Position numbers and translations under genes: made by a program | Notes under the pieces: model-generated | Database searches by the model: none | What the model was told of the DNA's origin: nothing | What the model saw: only the letters and a program-made list of their open reading frames with translations | Shown: positions 58,755 through 64,000 of the stretch, one piece after another | Layout of the letters: the number at the start of each line of letters is the position of its first letter | Numbering within the stretch: the stretch's first letter is position 1 | Assembly: GCF_902713615.1 (NCBI RefSeq) | Contig: NC_052158.1 | Coordinates: 43,239,159-43,303,158, forward strand | DNA from: Scyliorhinus canicula | Taxonomy: Eukaryota | Direction of reading: 5' to 3' | DNA: 64,000 nt

Positions 58755-58925
58755 GATATGAGTTTTCGGAAAAGTCAGGGTGGAAATATGAGTTTTAGAC
58801 ATCAGTGTGGAAATATGGGTTTATGACGTCAGTGTGGAAATACGAGTTTTTGACGTCAGTGTGGAAATATGAGTTTATGACATCGGTGTGGAAATACGAG
58901 TTTTTGACGTCAGTGTGGAAATTTG
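58755..58925 (+). repeat. 27-bp tandem repeat, about 6 copies (TCAGTGTGGAAATATGAGTTTATGACG)
   Basis: Unit starts at 58775, 58802, 58829, 58856, 58883, 58910. Confidence 0.9.
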
Positions 58926-59519
58926 TGCTCTGGATAGTCTGGTATTATCCTGAGGGGAAAAAAAGACGAGTGAGTCTTGGTGTATGAAGTTTTAGAAGTC
59001 AGTGTGGAAATGCTCTGGGAGCATCTTAATCCTAGAAGTTAGGAAAAAGAGGTTAGCATCTCCAGTCTGGAGAGTCTCCAGTCCCCTTCTAAAGGGGTTT
59101 AATGTGTGCTTTTGGGGATTAAGCGATGGATAAATGCGACAGAGATATACATTGGGGAAATGTCCTTTGAGTTTAAAAAAAAAGCTAAATTAACTATTTG
59201 GAAAGGGTTCTAATTATATTCTGAATACATATTTGAAAGACATTGGGAAATGATTGGTTTTATTCAATATTAGGTTAAAAGATAGTCTGGGGACTTTAAT
59301 TGGGGGCTTGTTGTTCCGGTCAACAAGCGGAGCGGTCGCAAGGTGAGGGGCTCCCGTAGCGGTGGAGAACAGGGAAGGGAAGGGAAAGGACGCGCACACC
59401 CCCCCCCCCCCAAAACAAACCGGTCACCGAGGGATCCTCGGCGGCGGCGGCGGCGGCAGCGGGAGAGGCCCAAGCGGCGGCGGCAGCAGCGGCGGGAGGG
59501 GCCCGGGCGGCAGCAGAGC

Positions 59520-60125
59520 GGAGCGGCGTCTACATCCCCCCCCCCCCCCCAGGAGCGGAACGGAGTGGCGTCTACATCCCCCCCCCCAAGGAGCGGAACG
59601 GAGCGGCGTCCATACCCCCCCCCCAGGGGCCGGAACGGAGCGGCGTCCATACCCCCCCCCCCCCCAAGGGCCGGAGCGGCGTCTACCCCCCCCCAAGGGC
59701 CGGAGCGGAGTCTGCCCCCCCCCCCAAGGAACGGAGCGGAGCGGCGTCCATACCCCCCCCTCCCAAGGGCCGGAGCGGAGCGGCGTCCATACCCCCCCCC
59801 ACCAAGGGCCGGAGCGGAGCGGCGTCCATACCCCCCCCCCCCAAGGGCCGGAGCGGAGCGGCGTCAATACCCCCCCCCCAAGGGCCGGAGCGGAGCGGCG
59901 TACATACCCCCCCCCCCCCCAAGGGCCGGAGCGGAGCGCGTCCATACCTCCCCCCAAGGGCCGGAGCGGAGCGGCGTCCATACCCCCCCCCCCAAGGGCC
60001 GGAGCGGCGTCTACCCCCCCCCCCCCAGGGCCGGAGTGGAGTCTCTCCCCCCCCCCCCCCCAAACAGGCCCGGAGCGGCGTCTCCCCCCACCCCCCGCCA
60101 GCAGGCCCGGAGCGGAGTCTCCACA
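59520..60125 (+). repeat. GC-rich tandem array in the L1 5'UTR, about 16-17 units of 31-42 bp
   Basis: Unit GGAGCGGCGTCCATA(C)nAAGGGCCGGAGC, with variable C-run length. Confidence 0.9.
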
Positions 60126-60459
60126 TACACCCCCCCCCAAAAAAAAAACCGGCAGCAGCCACCACGTGGCAAGAACAAAGGACTGGACAGACTGCTCTCA
60201 CTCTCTCTCTCTCCTGCGTGAGAGAGGGGGAAAAGTGAGGGGGGGGAAAAAAAAAAAGAAGGACTTTTATTTTTTTTAAAAAGAACACTGTTAAAGAGAA
60301 AGAGTGAGGGATATATATATTATTTTCTCTTTCTCTACACCCACTCCCATCAAAGCAAGCCCACCTGAGGGGAGTTGCATAAAAGGAGGTGGGAGAAAAT
60401 AATTAATAAACAAATAAATAAAATAAAAATCGGGCAGAAAAACAAGGGGAGAAGAAAAG

Positions 60460-61485
60460 ATGAAAGGGAAGGGGGAGAAAAAAACGCCAGAAGGGAGCCA
60501 AGGGAAAGGGGGCACCAAAAGCAGGCGGGACAAAGGGCAAGCCAGCTCACGCGAGCGGATTAGCACACGAAGCAGCGGGACGGATGTACCGCCGCATCAA
60601 AAAGAGCCGGACAGACAGGTGCCCTCTCCCCTGGGGTTAGAGGGGGGCGTGAATTGGAAGGAAGCCTTTACTGAGGTGGTGAGGGAGCAGCTGCAGGCAA
60701 TCAAGGCAGAGTTGAAAGCAGACGCAGAGGCCGCAGCACAGGCAGCAGTGGCCAGGGCCATGTCAGGGGTGCAGCAGGCTCTGACCAGATTGGAGGAGAA
60801 AGTGGAAGCTCAAGGGAAGAAACTGGAAGCTCAAGGGGGGAAACTGGAAGCCCATGAGGCAACCATTAAGGAGCTAGAGAAAGCAGCGACAGACATGAGC
60901 GACCGGGTCACGGCCCTAGAAAGGGAAGTGGCGAGTCTGGGCGCAACACAGGGGAGCCTGAAGGGCAGGGTAGACGACCAAGAAAACAGCTCGAGAAGGC
61001 AAAATGTTAGGATAGTAGGCCTGCCAGAGGGGACCGAGGGTAGAAACCCCACAAAATACGTGGCTGCAATGCTGGGCAACTTAGTGGGCAGGAAAGCTTT
61101 CCCCACCCCACCGGATCTGGACAGAGCACATCGGTCGCTGCGCCCGAAGCCCAAGGAAGGGGATCAACCGAGAGCAGTCATAGCCAAACTGCACCGGTAC
61201 CGGGATAGGGAGGCAATCCTGCGCTGGGCCAAGGAAAATAGAGCCAGCAAATGGGACGGGCACACCATCCGAATATATGAAGACCTTGGAGTGGATATAT
61301 CTAAGAAACGGGCTGAGTTTAACAGAGCGAAAGCGGCTCTCTACAGGAACAAAGTGCGTTTTGGTATGCTGTACCCAGCGAAGCTCTGGGTCACATACCA
61401 AAACAAGGAATATTTCTTTACAGCCCCTGCTGAGGCGAATAGATTCGTCGAGGAGCACGGGCTGGAAGAACAGCAGGGGGGGTAG
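60460..61485 (+). CDS. L1 ORF1p (341 aa, coiled coil + RRM + CTD), intact
   Basis: Heptad-rich N-terminal half, SRRQNVRIVGLPE, LDRAHR, IYEDL, FGMLYPAKL motifs. Confidence 0.9.
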   Translation: MKGKGEKKTPEGSQGKGGTKSRRDKGQASSRERISTRSSGTDVPPHQKEPDRQVPSPLGLEGGVNWKEAFTEVVREQLQAIKAELKADAEAAAQAAVARAMSGVQQALTRLEEKVEAQGKKLEAQGGKLEAHEATIKELEKAATDMSDRVTALEREVASLGATQGSLKGRVDDQENSSRRQNVRIVGLPEGTEGRNPTKYVAAMLGNLVGRKAFPTPPDLDRAHRSLRPKPKEGDQPRAVIAKLHRYRDREAILRWAKENRASKWDGHTIRIYEDLGVDISKKRAEFNRAKAALYRNKVRFGMLYPAKLWVTYQNKEYFFTAPAEANRFVEEHGLEEQQGG

Positions 61486-62142
61486 GGACGAGGGGCCCCT
61501 GGCAAGGAGCAACGACACGCCAATGGGTAGGATGGGGGAAGAGCAGGCAGAAAACCATAGAGGCCAGGTAGAGGAGAAGCAAGACAACAACCTCCGAGAG
61601 GGGAGCCACCGTAATAGCAGGAAAGCTAGCGCCGGGGGCACGCAACAAAGCAGGGCCGCTGCGCACCCCCAACAGGGGGGAAGGCGCCAGGCAGGGGAGG
61701 GGGGAGATCACCCACCAAAGTCGGGAGAGCAAACAGGGACAGGAATAGGGTATAGAGGAGCAAAGGAGGGGTATACAGGGGAGGAGGGTAGAGGGAGAGA
61801 CCAGGGGGGGGGCACACAGGGAGGGGAAAGGTAGGGTCAAAGGGACAAACGAGGCCAGAAAAGGAACAGGGCTACAAAGTACCACAACCAAGGGCTCGGA
61901 ACAAGGAACCGCTGCAAGCACCCACCCAGTACGGTCTGTGGGCGAAGGGGCCCCCCAGAGTGCAGGGGACTACCCGCGTGGCGGACACACAGTGGACGGC
62001 CATGGCGGGTGCCCCCAAGACAAGGGGAAACCCCGGAGCGCAGAGACCCGAACGCATGGGGAGAGCAGTGGTAGCGGCCATCCTGGACGGCCCCCTAACA
62101 AAGGGAAACCCCGGAGGGCAGGGGCTCGTCCACCAGACAAAC

Positions 62143-64000
62143 ATGGTTAATCCCACAGGAACGAGGGGGCAGAAGCCCCCCACCAGGATAATCACCTGGA
62201 ACGTAAGGGGACTTAACGGCCCAGTGAAGAGATCCAGAGTCCTCACCCACCTCAGAAATATGAGGGCCGACATAGTCTTCCTCCAAGAGACGCACCTGAG
62301 GGAGCAGGACCAACTGCGGGTAAGAAAGGGCTGGGTGGGACAAACCTATCATTCCTGTTATGGGGCAAGGGCCAGGGGGGTGGCGATCCTGATTGGCAAG
62401 AGGACAATGTTTAGGGCGACAAAGACGGTTACGGACCCAGGAGGACGGTACGTCATGGTCAGCGGGGCCCTGGATGGGGCGCCGGTAGTTCTAGTTAACG
62501 TGTACGCGCCCAACTGGGACGACACAAGCTTCATCCAAAAGACCATGGCAGAAATCCCGGACATAGCGACGCACCGACTAATCATGGGGGGGACTTCAAC
62601 TGTGTACAGGACCCAAAGACGGACAGATCAAACCCCAAAACGGGGAAAACCTCAAACATGGCAAGGGAACTCGGTCACTTTATGGAGCAGATGGGAGCTG
62701 TGGACCCCTGGAGGTTCGCCCACCCGGGGGAGAAAGAATTCTCCTTCTTCTCCCCAGTACACAACGTGTTCTCCAGAATTGACTTCTTTGTGGTGGGGAA
62801 AACGGTGCTTCCAGGGATAGACAAGGTGGAATATTCCGCAATTGTGATATCAGACCACGCCCCACACTACATGGACGTGCGGCTGGAGACGGGAAGGGCC
62901 CAGCGCCCCACATGGAGGTTGGACGGTGCCTTACTAGCTGACAAGGCCTTCAGCGAAAGGATAGCGCAGGCCATAGCGGAGTACACGGAGAACAACCAAA
63001 ACGGGGAGGTATCATCCTCCACGTTCTGGGAAGCGCTTAAGGCCGTAATAAGAGGGGAAATCATTGCCTTCAAAGCGCAAAGAGATAGGGAGGAAAGGGT
63101 GGCTAGGCAGAAGCTGGTCGACTCCATACTGGAGGTGGACCGTAAATACTCCGAGGCCCCGACCGTAGAGCTCCTGGCGGAGAGAAAAGAACTACAAAGG
63201 GACTTTGACCTGCTCTCCACCAGGAAAGCAGTGCACCAACTCCGCCAGGCGCGCGGGACCCTGTACGAACACGGAGACAAAGCCAGCCGCCTGTTGGCAC
63301 ACCAGCTGAGAAAGCAGGCAGCCACCAGAGAAATTGGGCAAATCAGGGGTACCAGAGGCATGTTGGAAACAGAACCAGAGAGGATTAACAAAACCTTCAA
63401 GGCCTTCTACCAAGAGCTGTACACCTCAGAGCCCCCAACGGGGAAGGCTGGGATGAACCGGTTCCTTGATGTACTGGTCATACCAGTCGTGGGAGAGGAA
63501 GGAAACGGGACCTGGAAGCACCAATAGCACTGGGAGAGATCATGGACAGTATCAGCTCCATGCAGACGGGGAAGGCGCCGGGACCGGACGGATTCCCGGC
63601 GGACTTCTACAAAAAATTTGCGACAGCGCTGGCCCCGCACCTGCGGGAGATGTTCACAGACTCGCTAGCTAGGGGCACACTGCCACCCACGTTAGCACAG
63701 GCCTCAATCTCGCTGATACCTAAGAAAGACAAAGACCCAACGGAATGTGGGTCATACAGACCCATATCTCTGCTGAACGCAGACGCCAAAATACTGGCCA
63801 AAATCCTAGCCAAAAGGCTAGAAGACTGTGTACCTGAGGTGGTCACAGAGGACCAGACGGGCTTCGTCAAAGGTAGACAGCTCACCTCGAACATCAGGCG
63901 CCTGCTGAACGTGATAATGACCCCCTCCGGGGAGAGAACACAAGAGGTGATCATCTCCCTGGACGCAGAAAAGGCCTTCGACAGAGTCGAATGGAAATAC
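62143..64000 (+). pseudogene. L1 ORF2 (APE plus start of RT) with two single-base frameshifts in this sequence
   Basis: Frame breaks at about 62586-62592 (G run, GGDFN motif) and about 63500 (GAAGG where GAAAGG would keep the frame). Confidence 0.8.

Larger units (their letters stand above)
59310..64000 (+). mobile_element. L1-clade LINE (third family), runs off the window end
   Basis: Long GC-rich 5'UTR, intact ORF1, ORF2 from 62143 (TWNVRGL, QETH, RT domain begins); 5' boundary approximate. Confidence 0.93.

Noticed and set aside
58755-60125. Tandem arrays as CRISPR-like repeat-spacer loci
   Set aside because: Units are contiguous with no unique spacers, there are no cas genes, and the context is vertebrate.
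59343-60288. Long Pro/Gly/Arg-rich ORFs in several frames
   Set aside because: They arise from a stop-poor GC tandem repeat; they are open on both strands and have no domain signal.

Overview
Vertebrate genomic DNA, most likely from a cartilaginous fish (catshark-like; inferred from the SINE/CR1 families and the MHC exon). The only host gene piece I can support is the connecting-peptide/TM/cytoplasmic exon of an MHC class II alpha chain (3596-3741, +). The rest of the window is almost entirely a layered transposon nest. It includes Harbinger remnants and MITEs, about ten tRNA-derived V-type SINEs, CR1 LINEs and three distinct L1-clade LINEs. A decayed class I (gamma/epsilon-like) endogenous retrovirus (25353-57976) has been inflated to about 32.6 kb by nested insertions. 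There are also three Penelope-like element (PLE) insertions from two families. Most notable: (i) a very young 5.6-kb PLE insertion built as a tail-out inverted dimer, with an intact RT+GIY-YIG ORF, three minimal hammerhead ribozymes and a 14-bp TSD; (ii) a second PLE family with a U3-A8 variant hammerhead, including a 100-bp insertion made of little more than the ribozyme; (iii) a provirus flanked by a 36-bp duplication instead of a 4-6 bp TSD; (iv) a locally templated two-segment inverted insertion inside a SINE. All calls were made by eye; no database search or alignment program was run.
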